DNA of 63,482 nucleotides, the filler included, from Reticulomyxa filosa (Eukaryota > Protista > Foraminifera), in assembly GCA_000512085.1 (NCBI GenBank). It is 21 parts of 21 records of this genome, joined end to end, with 100 filler letters (N's around TTAATTAATTAA, not from the genome) between each part and the next. Parts side by side here need not be neighbours in the genome. Positions count along the whole stretch, not along the records: positions 1 to 1,000 come from ASPP01040481.1; positions 1,101 to 2,819 come from ASPP01046932.1; positions 2,920 to 7,465 come from ASPP01004631.1; positions 7,566 to 8,889 come from ASPP01045181.1; positions 8,990 to 11,804 come from ASPP01000376.1; positions 11,905 to 13,157 come from ASPP01005455.1; 15 more parts are not named here. One strand, written 5' to 3'. The first letter of the stretch is position 1, and each line of letters starts with the position of its first letter. Made by a program: the position numbers and the translations under genes. This document shows positions 1-11,995 of the stretch, in pieces. Below the pieces are notes generated by a model. It did not search any database. It saw nothing but the letters and a program-made list of their open reading frames with translations, and had not been told where the DNA came from.

Positions 1-560
1 AAGGTTGCATGTTGGACAATTCCATGAAATTGTTTCCAGTGAATGATTTGCCATTTAAATCTTCATGCATACCAAATAATACAATTTTGCAACACACTTC
101 TTTAGCTGTTTTCTTATTGTCTCCAGTGATGACAATCACGAATACAAGCAGCTTTGCAAATGCGAATGGCGTCCTTGAGTTCAGGTTGATGTGGATCCAA
201 TGGTCAAATTGCTTTCCACTTGACTCGGGAGCCCTTTTACAAACAATCATCCTTTGATTGTTGATTGTTGTCTCATAAACACACGCATACTCTTGTAAAC
301 TCCAATACGTGTTCTCTGGTCACTTAAGAGTTCCAATACGAATGCAATGCATTATTAGTGTGAGTTAAGTCTCTGTCTCGAGCTGCTTCTGCATCAGGCA
401 AGTGCAAATCATCCGCTAATACTTTCAACACACATTCCGTTGGCTCTTCGGTTACGTGCACGCTGTCTTTTTTCAACGTGCTGTCGATAGACACCGCGCA
501 CATCATTCCTGCATCCGTGCTGTTTGTCATTCTGTCGCTTTGCTGTTTCCTCAGTGATTG
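1..560 (-). pseudogene. Degenerate P-type IIA (SERCA-like) Ca2+-ATPase fragment
   Basis: Manual translation across frames gives MCAVSIDSTLK, EEPTECVLKVLA, VLEFTR, CKRAPES, DPHQPELKDAIRICKAACIR and VIVITGDNKKTA. These match the SERCA motifs LCNDS, GEATETAL, LEFSR, KGAPE, DPPR and ITGDNK. There are stops, frameshifts and a large deletion between the KGAPE and DPPR motifs. Confidence 0.8.
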
Positions 561-1000
561 CTGCGAATGTTATCCATTCGTATTTGCGCTTGTGTGCTAG
601 TAGTTGTGATGTCAGCGTGGTTCTGATACGTTCTTGTCCAATTCATGTCTGATCTTTCTGTTTAACATACACACATATCATTTGTTTGGACTCATTCCAT
701 TGTCTTTTTTCAATACAAAAAAAAAATTTCTTACAAATTCGATATAGATTAATTCACACATTTCAAAATCAACTTCAATTTCTCACGCAATCGCACAGAG
801 GTTTTCATTTTTTTTATTTCAACTTTTGCGCTAAAACAATAATTTTTGATAACTTTGTGGAAATCCTGCTATAAGGCATCTGGTATCTTGACAAAGAGTA
901 TTTGGCCAATGATTGATTCAAATTCAGCAAATGATCCTTCGTAACAAAACGCATTTGATAATAAGTACTCAATGCCTCTAATAATGGTCGAAAGATTTTC

Positions 1001-1100
1001 NNNNNNNNNNNNNNNNNNNNNNNNNNNNNNNNNNNNNNNNNNNNTTAATTAATTAANNNNNNNNNNNNNNNNNNNNNNNNNNNNNNNNNNNNNNNNNNNN
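1001..1100. other. Artificial contig-joining linker (N44-TTAATTAATTAA-N44); first of 20
   Basis: The same 100-nt linker, with a six-frame stop core, starts at 1001, 2820, 7466, 8890, 11805, 13158, 14672, 17570, 20628, 26078, 27942, 35032, 36396, 46641, 47841, 49617, 55926, 59919, 61155 and 62271. Confidence 0.99.
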
Positions 1101-1474
1101 ATGGGTTCCTCGCACAGTCGGTGTTTTGTCTTTGGTTGGCGCATTTTTCCGCTATAAAGTTAGTCTTTCATTTTTTTATTTTTTTTTATTTTCATGCATG
1201 AACCAAAAAATATGAAAATGTTAGTACTTCATTTTTTTTTTTTAAAATGAATTTTAATACATTGTTTTTTTTTTGGTGTGATTGTTTCTCTTTTGAATTC
1301 GAAAAGTTTGTGAAAGGATATATTGAGGACGCGGACAAACGAGTGAAACCATTCAAATTGAATATACTGCTTTCGGTGAGACCAGTTGCTCTTTTGGCAG
1401 TAGTATCCTGTGGATATTTGGCTGGTCGTGAGTTGTACAACTCTATCAAGTCAAAAAGAAAAAATGAAAGCTAA
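1101..1474 (+). CDS. MAPEG family protein (microsomal GST/LTC4 synthase-like), 3' part
   Basis: Exon WVPRTVGVLSLVGAFFRYK, a GT-AG intron at 1159-1306, then FVKGYIEDADKRVKPFKL...*. This fits the MAPEG R-x-x-Y/F-x-x-GY...KR pattern followed by a final TM helix. The 5' end is cut off by the contig edge. Confidence 0.65.
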
Positions 1475-1911
1475 ACAATAAGTAAATTTGTTGTAAGTGC
1501 AATGGCTTTTATTGATTTTTTTTTGTTGCTGTTGGAAAACCATTGTGTTTTTGTCACTGTCAGTTGAACATTTCAAAATGTTTAAAAAAAAAACTCGTAA
1601 AAAAAAAAGTTCCAATTATGAGAAGACTCTGTTTGCTGCCTTTACTTTTGAAGGGTCACTTTTTTTTGGATGCATGGTCGTCGGGGCACATCAAAAGAAA
1701 AAACTTTTGCTCTTTATTTATTTCCTCAAAATTGGACTGCATATTTTTGTTAAAAAAAAGTGATTGGTTTATCAGTCCTTGTTTCAAGCTTTTTCACGTT
1801 CCGTAATTTCTTGACGACATTGGTCGTGATTACATTTTGTAACACTTTGAATTTAAAAAGAATGAAAAGAAAAAATGAAATATTAATGAATTTTCCAAAT
1901 AACAACTAGTT

Positions 1912-2819
1912 CTACATCAGAAAATTCAATACATTTCTATCCTTTTCAACAAACGGTAGACCGTCACTGACGGTAACACTCTTTGCAAAATCAACAGCAT
2001 TCAAAATTGGTTTCTTTTCAGAAAGAAACATACAAAATAAATTGATATTGTAATTACAACAACGCTCCTCCACAAATTCCTTCATTCTCTCTTTGTATTT
2101 TTTGTCATTACCATTCCTTCTCCATTTTTCAAATGCATGCAACATTAAACGTGTATGTATGATGTTCTTTTTATTACATTTTAACACGAAATAAATAAGA
2201 TTGAAATCAATTGAATAATTAAACATTTCATTAACACGTACAATTTGTTGGATATGTTCGTCATATTCTGTCCATGTCAATAATATCATTTGTGTATATT
2301 CATCTTCATTTTCTACGTTTGCATTCCATGCCATTGTTTTTTTATGTGTATTCTCATCATTGATAAAATTTAGCAAAGATTTTGCGAACAAAATTTCGCG
2401 TTCGTGTTTGAATGGAGATATCCATGATACATCGCAACTAAATATTCCAAGTGCTCGCCTCATAGAAGAATGAAAATGTAAAATACATCCTTGATCACCT
2501 CTGAACATCTTTGCAACTTGAATATCATCAGAAGTACTTACATGACTAATAAAATATCCAAATTTTATTTCTTTTTCAATATTCTCAAATCTCACTCCTT
2601 TCAGTCCACAATAAAATTCCATTTCACTTTCCTCTCTTCTTTCATGAAAATGCAGAATTCGAATAGCCACATGCAAAAAAAAATCCAAATAATGCCATTT
2701 ATCGTGTCTAAATTTTATTTGATCATAACTGAATTCATTGGTACATGATTTACCACAATATAATAAAACTGCACAAATATGATATAATTGAAGTGGATAT
2801 CCCATTTGTTTATGAATAT
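1912..2819 (-). CDS. ADP-ribosyltransferase-fold (R-S-E clade-like) protein, 5'-truncated
   Basis: Uninterrupted ORF of about 300 codons containing FYCGL (YRG-like position), SHVSTS and SPFKHEREILF (ExE motif). Confidence 0.6.
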
Positions 2820-3003
2820 NNNNNNNNNNNNNNNNNNNNNNNNNNNNNNNNNNNNNNNNNNNNTTAATTAATTAANNNNNNNNNNNNNNNNNNNNNNNNN
2901 NNNNNNNNNNNNNNNNNNNTAACTAAACTATTTTTTTTTTTTTTTTTTTTTTCCTTAATTAAATGCATACGATTTGGATCAATAGTGTTTTAAAATTGGT
3001 TAG

Positions 3004-4855
3004 GCCTATCAAATACGACTTCAAGACACTCAACCAATGATCGCCTTGTTGAAGGAAACCTACAAGTACTTTGACATGCTTCAAGACAAAAAAACAATGG
3101 CCGAAATCGACACCACGAGACTGTCTTTGATATACACACAATATCAGAGAAAATTTGACGCTCTGAGCAAACAGGTCCAAGAGGAGGAGAAAATGTTGTT
3201 GGTCGCAAAGCCGACCAAAACCTTGTTCAAGTTTGGCGGGGAAGATATTCTACAGCTGCCGAACACTGATGTGACCAAATATGCCAGGTTTGTATTTGAA
3301 AATGGAGATACTCGATTGCAGACTGAGGCGATGCTATATTTGATCTTCAACATGGCCTTGCATAATCGCTTTGAGTTGTGTCGGGATTTGCTGCTGATGA
3401 GCCATTTGGGAAGTCAGTCCAGAATTGGTACCGCCAATGTTGATCTCCAAATTTTGTACAATCGTGCTTTGGTGCAATTCGCTTTGTCTGCCTTTATTCA
3501 GGGCAAATGGCATCCCTGCATGCTAATCTTGCAAGAATTTTATCAGTCTTCCAAAATTCGCATTTTGTTGGCTCAAGTTACGAAATTGAAAATAAACAAG
3601 AGAACTGATCATTATTGATTTTTTTGTCTTTGTGTGTGTTATTAAATGAGTGGGCAAATATTCCACTTTTTTTTTTTTTTTTTGTTTTTTTGCATCGTTT
3701 GGGGGCAATTGGCTCAAAGGCAATACCACCGACGCGTGATAGGGAGGTATTGACAAGTGAACAAATCAAACAAGAAGCACTTGCCATGCAAAGATTACTC
3801 CCACCTCATTTGTACTTTCGACCAGATACACTGGAGGCTGTACATTTGATTTCTTCCATTTTGCTAGAAATACCGTCGATGGTCACCGGTTCACGAAAGG
3901 CAATCAAAAACAAATTCTTCCGAAATCGAGTTTGGGATCCCTATCTTAAACGAGATTTGCGAGTGCCCCCTGAGGGAACGCAGTCCTCAATTCTCACTGC
4001 TGGTTTGTTCTGGTCTTTACATATGTGTTGTATTTATATATTGTACACGTGCATAATATAATAATATATTGGACGGAAATCGTGTCAATTGATAATATCA
4101 TAATTATACGCACTTTAGGTATCCATTTGCAGGATGGAAATTGGCAAGAGTGTGCAGCTCTGCTGAAGTCATTGCGTTTGTGGAGCGATATCGAACATGC
4201 AGATTTTGTTCAAGGCAAAGTTTTGAACTCGGTCAAACACGAGTGCATGCGCTGTTACTTGCACCGCTTTGGTACCGTGTATGAAAGCATTTCTCTTAGC
4301 AAATTGGCTGCCATGTTTGAATTAAGTGAAGCGGAGACGAAGCAATATGTCTGTCGAATGATCATTTCAAACAGCGAAGATCGATTCCGTGCATCTATGG
4401 ATGAGCTAACCAATTGCCTCATCATTCACCAAAAACCAGCCACGGCTTTGCAGAGAATCGCTTTGGAGTACACAAACAAAGTTTTGCTTTTTTTCCTTCA
4501 AACAATAACGATTTTTATCACAACAATATACGATCAATTTTCTTGCAACAGTAAATTGTAATATTATTATGTTGAACAGTTGGCATTTTTAATCGAACAA
4601 AACGAAAAATCGATTGGTATTCGAAGATTTGATCATTTGAACGTTGGAACCGGCGCAAATGCACAACGCTTCAAGAGAACAGGATATTCTGGGCCACGAA
4701 CCGACCGCAGAGGGCCTGAAGGGCAAGAGAGACAAGGACAACCAGGACAAGAAAGACAAGCCGGGCAAACACAAGGCCAGGGCCAAAGAGGGCAGTTTCT
4801 TCGAAAATCCGGAGGTCAAGCCCCCCAAAGACGACCAATATTTATGCGAGCATGA
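3004..4855 (+). CDS. EIF3C: Eukaryotic translation initiation factor 3 subunit C, 3' part, multi-exon
   Basis: Contains RDLLLMSHL and QILYNRALVQFALSAF, a PCI domain (YESISLSKLAAMFELS) and an R/G/Q-rich tail. Introns fall at about 3577-3700, 4003-4119 and 4481-4580. Confidence 0.92.
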
Positions 4856-5161
4856 ATGCTTAAATCGATTTACTCCTTGTGTTTTTAATTCTCTTGTCTT
4901 CTCTTTATTGCATTATTTTTTGCGCATTGAGTAGCGCCGTCATTTGATGACAAAACTGAAAACTTCAAGCTCAAAACTTGACATATTACAATGTCTTAAT
5001 GTTTTTAAAAATTATTGAGCTTGGAATAACAGAAAAAAGTATATTCTCATTAAGGGATCGTGAGACTAAGAGTTTTTTGCAAACTTATCGCATTTTCCTT
5101 CACGATTCAAAAACTGAATATTTTTCAAAAATTAGATTACTCTATTGCCTTTTGATAGAAC

Positions 5162-6819
5162 TCAAAGAGCCTTGTCTCCACTCAATTGCGGCCCCAAATC
5201 GTTATCAACTTTAACTTTTGGTGTAGCAGATCTAGCAAGACGACGAGAGGATTTTTTCTTTTTCTTTTTTTTTGACAGTGTGGTGGTAGAGCTTGTATAT
5301 CCAACTTGCTCATTTGCTGTTAGTTGATTTGGATGAAGTGTGCGTTGAAAAGAAGCGAGGCTATCATAATTTGGGAAATAGGCGAGAGATTGTAAGTTCG
5401 GAGAAGAAGAAATTCTTCGTGGAATGATTTTAGAGCCCTTATTTGTCTTATTTTTGTTTCCCAACAACATGTCGTTAGCACTACTTCGCAAAGTCTTGCG
5501 TGCATCTCCAACAATGTCTGCTACATTTGCAACATCGATCATGATACGATGTGGTGCCATCACTTGTTCATATTCACACTGTTGAAAGTCATCAATTTCA
5601 AATGCGAAAATATGAGCAATAGCAGCGAGGCACATCTCAATACAGATTATGAAATTTTGTAACCCTACTGCAATTTCATCTTCACTCCATTGGCCTTTTG
5701 CTCTGATCCAACCTTCGTTTATTCACGTGTTTATTTTTCCCCCCCTTCCTTCTTTCGCTTGGTTACACAACTTTTTTTTTTTTAAAATCAACCAATTACA
5801 AAAGAAAAAGGGACGAATATTTTACCTAGCCACACAAAAGCAGCAATCAAAACTGATTGCCAATAAGTAAAAAATACCACTCCTTTCACGCATAAAAACT
5901 TGTTTACCGGTTTTAACCGCGTAAATTTTTTATATCCATCACTTTCATGATTCTGTCCTTTTAAGGCTACATAAAACAGTACCAGGCAATAAATGGCCCA
6001 TGTTTGTGATAATGAACGAAGTATTGCAACATACGGATATCCGACATTATAGCGAAACGCTCCTTCTTTATATATTCCATTTAATTGCATCACAAATGTA
6101 GCCAATGCACAAATGGGCTGAACAAAACAATATTGCAAAATGCCTTTCTTATGTCCCATCCAATCACCAATGTCACCATATTATCATTCACACATGCACA
6201 AACACACAGTAGATTTCAATCAACGTATCATTATTCATAGAGTTATTTAATCAAAGATATGTAATTGTTTTGTTTTTATTTTCTATTTGTGATATTGACC
6301 TAAGCTACAGTTATTTAAGAAAGTTCCACGTTCTGATGTACCTTGAACTCTTTTGAACACCCATGGCTTACAACAGTAATTCATTGGCCACACATGCATT
6401 TGCTCACTTTTTGCAATGCCTTCAAGGTAGTGCTGTACTTGTTTGTAGCCTCCCAAAGCTTGAATTAGCAATTGATAGAAACTGTAAATTACCATTGCTT
6501 CATAGGTTTCACGTATTGCGTCCAAATATAATGCAAAACGCGGAGTGTACAACCCCAGCCAAGCTTCTACACTGTACACGATTACCATTAATAAAATGCG
6601 AATTATGTACCTTTTGTTTATTTTATTGTATCCCGTGTTTCTTTTTTTAATATATCTTTAAATCTTTTGGTATTTGATTAACCTTCGTGTCTGTGGAAGG
6701 TGGTTGTGGTAAATGTGATGGTGAATTTGCATGCTGCATAGTATAATCGCACTCAATGCAAATATAAATGCAACTCCATCTGCCCAAATGTGAAACTCTA
6801 CGCCCAAGAATAATGGCAT
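5162..6819 (-). CDS. TMEM184/OSTalpha (Solute_trans_a) family membrane protein, multi-exon
   Basis: Contains VIVYSVEAWLGL, IRETYEAMVIYSF, KGILQY, KFLCVKGVVFFTYWQ and LQNFIICIEMCLAAIAHIFAF. Confidence 0.9.
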
Positions 6820-7565
6820 GTGATGTTTTGCGTTATGATATAAAAAATCACTGATTTTACAAAAAAACCCCTTCAAGCTGGACGAACGACAAAAACATTA
6901 AAAAATTTGCTTTTTTCTAAAATATGTTATTGTTAATGACAATTTATTCAGTTTAAACTTAACTACATGAATTCTGAAATGAATTAAAATGTGCTCTTTA
7001 TTAAAAACCTACAAGTCAGGAATCCTCTATTTGTAACAAATTTTAATGAGAGTGTAAATTTACAGACAAATGCAAACATTTTTGTCAAAAGTCTTTTGGA
7101 ATAGGAACTAAGTTATAATATTCACGTATTCAATTTCGAACAAATTCCACTTTGAAATTTTAAACTTTTTTTGATTGCATATAAAGCATAATCTCATATC
7201 TTTTCGCTGTTAATTAGTAAAACTTGTGCTTTTTCAAGTGACAATATTTTTTAAATAGGCTTTTGAGTATTGTGGGACGTCTGCTGATAGTATTGGTACA
7301 CTAACTGTAATACGAGAGGTGTTTACTAAGAAGAGAATAAGTGTTTCGTAAAACGAAAGAAATTTAAATAATAAAACAAGATAACAAAAGAAAAGTAAAG
7401 AAAAGCAAGAAAGTAAGAAGTAGTTTAACATACTGGGGATTCCTCCGTTCCCTTGACGTTCAGATNNNNNNNNNNNNNNNNNNNNNNNNNNNNNNNNNNN
7501 NNNNNNNNNTTAATTAATTAANNNNNNNNNNNNNNNNNNNNNNNNNNNNNNNNNNNNNNNNNNNN

Positions 7566-8322
7566 TTTTTTTTAATTAGAGCACGAGATATTGAACATTG
7601 CTGCTGCTCCATATATTATTGATAATCATATTCGGCATTTGCATCAACGTGGTACTGGAATAATTGTTCACAAACAATCCGCCAAATGTTTTATTCGCCC
7701 CAGTTTGTCCAATCCACTTGCATACTCCATTTGATAGTGGTATGCCTGCCATCACGATTACAACCGCACTGTGTTTTTGTTTGTTAAAAAAAATGTATTT
7801 TAATTCAAATCCATCATATATACAATCTATCTTTATTCTTACTATTTCTTGATATACGTATATCTCTTTTTTTTTTTTTTAATGAACTTTTTTTTTTTTA
7901 TTAGATCTTTATATAACTGTATGATGCTGATTTGTATGTAAATAATTGTGATGTTGATGATTTCTAGATGTATATGTAATATCCATTGCAAATATTCTGG
8001 TATACATATTCTCATTGGACAGCATTTGATGAATACGTATATCTTTGTGCACATTATTGAACATTTGCACTGACAATATTTTTACATTGCCATGGTCACG
8101 TAAATATTGCACACATGTCCACATTTGACTGAAAGAGAGTAGTTGGCCAACATATTCCATGATATTATTGATATATTCATATCGTCTTGAATTATTGAAA
8201 TATGTTTGGCCGTTTTCGTTTGAGTCGTCTCTTGCCACGTTATTTGCACTTGTTACCACGTAAAACGTGTTTAATACGTGCAGTGCTCTCAATATAATTT
8301 CATACACTGACGATGGCTTCAT
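7566..8322 (-). pseudogene. Unknown divergent multigene family, member A (3'-truncated, frameshifted)
   Basis: The first ORF (MKPSSVYEII...WTCVQYLRDHGNVKILSVQMFNN) aligns with the ORF at 18436-19008. A downstream IVCEQLF segment lies among stops. It shares an upstream leader with members B and C. Confidence 0.5.
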
Positions 8323-8425
8323 GTTGCCGCAAAACGACAGTGTTCTTCACGTAAGCTTTTCTTTTCCGTTTGCCCCCCCCCCCCCTCTCTTTCAGGGCAC
8401 TCTGAAACGGAAAGACGTCAGATGA
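8318..8425 (-). promoter_or_regulatory. Conserved upstream leader, copy A
   Basis: Reads TTCCGTTTCAGAGTGCC...G-run...CAAACGGAAAA...GCGGCAACATGAA. It matches 19004-19106 and partly matches 27464-27551. Confidence 0.6.
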
Positions 8426-8989
8426 TTAAAAAAAGTTTTAATTTTCTTTATTTTTTTTGAAAAGGCTGAAGATACTTGTACAAATTCAAAATAATAAGTT
8501 TGGAATAGTCCTCCAACCTTTTTTCAAAGCTAAAAAGAAAAATCAAAAACAAGATTGTAGCAAATTGCTTCGTCAATTTAGCCTCTTGATTTGTGTAAGC
8601 TACAAACTACAAAAAACAAGAGGCAATTAGGGTTAGTGAGAATCAAACTTATTATGAATGATTCTTAAAATCTATCTGCGTCATTGCATCCCTCTAATGG
8701 AAGACTTGCTAATGAACAGTTTCTTGATCTGTTAAATTTTTCAAATAGTCCTGCACTTTGGATACCTTAGATGACAACAAGTCCTTATCCAATTCAAAAT
8801 CCAAAAGAGTGTCTTTTCTGTTTTTGTTTTCACACGAGCGATGTACTTTTGTAAACTGATGCAATCACTTTATCGATCAATTTTTTTTTNNNNNNNNNNN
8901 NNNNNNNNNNNNNNNNNNNNNNNNNNNNNNNNNTTAATTAATTAANNNNNNNNNNNNNNNNNNNNNNNNNNNNNNNNNNNNNNNNNNNN

Positions 8990-9067
8990 GTTGATTTTTC
9001 ATTGATAAAATCAATTATCATCATAAGATATGTTTTATGCGTTCAGTTTTCTTTGCAACCTACTGTA
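8990..9067 (-). mobile_element. Tc1/mariner terminal inverted repeat (type A)
   Basis: The reverse complement reads TA-CAGTAGGTTGCAAAGAAAACTGAACGCATAAAAC. Near-identical copies lie at 14800-14878, 49578-49616 and 55874-55925. A CAGT terminus with a flanking TA is typical of Tc1. Confidence 0.85.
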
Positions 9068-9662
9068 TTTAAAAACTACAAGATTAGTATATATTTTTTA
9101 AAAAAATTATGTTTAAATCTTTATTTTTCATGGAGAAAATCGTTTCTCTTCATATAGTGCCATTTAGGTATGTGTAAATCAAGCAACATGAAGAAATTGT
9201 CTAATAAAAGAGTATTTTCAAGACTGGATATTCGATCTGGCTAACTGTGTGGCCTTGCGAATGCACTAGCGATCTTTCAGCACATAATGAATGACATTAA
9301 TGTTTTGCGACTTGGAAGACTTGGGCTTGTAAATCGACGATATATTAATAGAAACAGAAACAATACAACATTTAAAAATATTAAAAACTACAAGATTTAC
9401 AAAACATAACATGAAACTTGCAATGTAGAATCGTTAATTTTTATAAACCATGTCATAAAAAAAGTGTTTGTCGGCACATAAAACAGACAATAAAAAGAAA
9501 CTGTAGTAATTTCTATGAATTGTTCAATGAATCGCCAGATTCACACTAAAAGCCGCTGGGTTGATAGATTTTCTCAATGAAGAAATAACATTCAGACCGA
9601 ATTTTTTTTAAAAAGATATACAAATGTTAAAGTTTTTAAATATGATATTTTTTCAAATTTTT

Positions 9663-10330
9663 TTATCACTTTGTTGACTTTCCTTTAGTGTCAATAATGG
9701 CTTGTATTTGTTTTGACATTGATTATGTTAAGCTTTTGCATAGTATCTTTATACTTTTTCACATTATTGTTCAAATTTTTTGCATAGTTGTTGTGATGTT
9801 TCTATTTAGTCACTTTGTAAAGTATTGCTTTTAATATTGCAAAAAGATTTTCGATTGGATTAAGAACATGTGAATTTGGAGGTAACTCAATTAAGTTTAT
9901 TTTGTTATGTTTAAGCCAATTATTTACTGCTTTGCATTTATGACATTTTGTATTATCTTGTAAAAACCACTAGTTTCTGTTATTGTATAAGCAATACAGG
10001 ATGCTTTTTAGTATTTCATCAGATAATATTTTTTTGTAAATTGTGCAATTAACGCACATTAATTTTGCAAGCATGTCCAACGCATTTAGTACCAAAGCAA
10101 TATAATATGTAATATCATCACCAAATATTAGCCTTTATATAATTTCTATGTTACCAATATTTTCTTCTTTTTTCCACATATAGTAAATCAAATTAATTCA
10201 ATAATGTTAATTTTTGTTTTATCTGAAAATATAACTTTTTTACAATTATACAGTACAATTTTTAATTCATTAGCAAAACTAAGTCGCTTTAATATATCAT
10301 TTAGTGAGTTTTGTCTTTATTTTGTGATTG
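9663..10330 (-). mobile_element. Decayed Tc1-like transposase (not in the ORF track)
   Basis: Across frames: KRLSFANELK, KKVIFSDKTKIN, WFLQDNTKCHK, LIELPPNSHVLNPIENLFAILK and SMSKQIQAIIDTKGKSTK. Multiple stops and frameshifts. Confidence 0.85.
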
Positions 10331-10439
10331 TATAAAGATCATTTGGTTTTAATATATTGTCATTGTCGAATAAAAAACTTTAATTTCATTTTCAGAATAT
10401 AATAATTTTTTCAGAGTATTTTCATTATTGTTTCAGATT

Positions 10440-10770
10440 TTACATCATATATTTGCATTGTTCTATTAGGTGGACTTGATATGATAAATTTGTCATCAGG
10501 AGAGATAAGGTATCACATAATGTTTGTCATATTGCATATCTTCCATTGACTTCCCGAAGTTATATCACATAATAGTATCGAATAATCACCTGAATATGAA
10601 ATAACAATACGTCCATCTGTCGCAAATATTACAGTATAGATCACGGAAAGGTGTCCTTTGAAAATTTGAATCTGTTTTCCTGTCCATCCCAATTGTATAT
10701 CTAAAACGCGAATCCAATTTTGAATAATATTTTTGTTTCTTTTTCTAACTTTTATTATTTTAATCATTCA
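10440..10770 (-). pseudogene. WD40-repeat gene remnant
   Basis: IIQNWIRVLDIQLGW is joined directly to QIFKGHLSVIYTVIF...YSILLCDI, followed by a degenerate repeat with stops. Confidence 0.65.
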
Positions 10771-11220
10771 AAGCAAGCATTTATTTTACAAAAGTGAGTG
10801 AAAAGCTTACCATTAAGTTATTATCTTTTTGTTGATAATGGTATTCATTATCTTTACTTTTTTAATGTTAAACTCTTAAAAAAATTAACTTTGCACTTTT
10901 GAGCCCCTTAGCCTTTTCTTTACAAAGCAAAATCAAATAAATGGAAGAAAACAATTAGAAAATTCAATGTCATTAAAAGTTGAAAAAGACTCAAGCATGC
11001 CACTGAAACTTTTGCAGAAGTTGATATTTAATTTCAAACCTTTCTATGTTTAACGAGTGAAGGAAACCTAAGTTTTGTAATCACTCAAGTGTCTTAAATT
11101 CTACATTCCACAAAAAATGAACGTAGAGCTTCTTTTCCTTTTTACAAATTTACATAAACTTGATCCAAAAACAAAACAAAAAATATGTTAAAATATCAAG
11201 TTTTAGTATAATTTTATTTT

Positions 11221-11804
11221 TTATCCCCAAGTTATAATTGTCTTATCCCAAGAACATGATACAATTGTACTATCATCTGGCGAAATATCAACTCCTTTAA
11301 TCCAATGAGAATGCCCTTTTAATGTTTGTATTTCATATCCTGTTTTAATATCCCATAACCGAATTGTATGATCAGCTGAAGAAGAAACAAGAGTTTTACC
11401 GTCTGAAAAATATTTTAAATGTAATGCACAACTAGAGTGTCCTTCTAAAGTTTTGAATAATTTTCCTGTGTTTACTTCCCATATTCGAATTGTGTGATCA
11501 TTAGAATATGAAGAAGATGCAATAAATTGACCACATGGAGAAAATACTACACATGTTATAGCTTTATCATGTCCTGATAGCTGTCCTATCATTTCATTTG
11601 ATTGTATATTAGATATAGTAATCATACGATCACGTGATCCTGATACAACCAGTTGATTATCTGGTGAGTAATTTATACTTTCTACTTCATCAGCATGGCC
11701 AATCAATCTTTTTATTGTCTTTCCAGAACTTACATTCCATAATCGTATTGTTCTATCAGTTGAACCTGATATAAGATTTTTGCCATTTGAAGAAAAATTT
11801 AAAC
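11221..11804 (-). CDS. WD40-repeat protein, 3' part
   Basis: At least four canonical GH...SxDxTIRxW(D/E) repeats, ending in ITWG*. The ORF is open to the contig edge. Confidence 0.92.
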
Positions 11805-11995
11805 NNNNNNNNNNNNNNNNNNNNNNNNNNNNNNNNNNNNNNNNNNNNTTAATTAATTAANNNNNNNNNNNNNNNNNNNNNNNNNNNNNNNNNNNNNNNN
11901 NNNNCAAGTCAAGGCAAAGTGAACCTCCCTTTTTTTTTTTTTTTTTTTGTGTGTGCTCCTTTTGTTTAAAACATTGTATTGAATGTGCAATTCAA

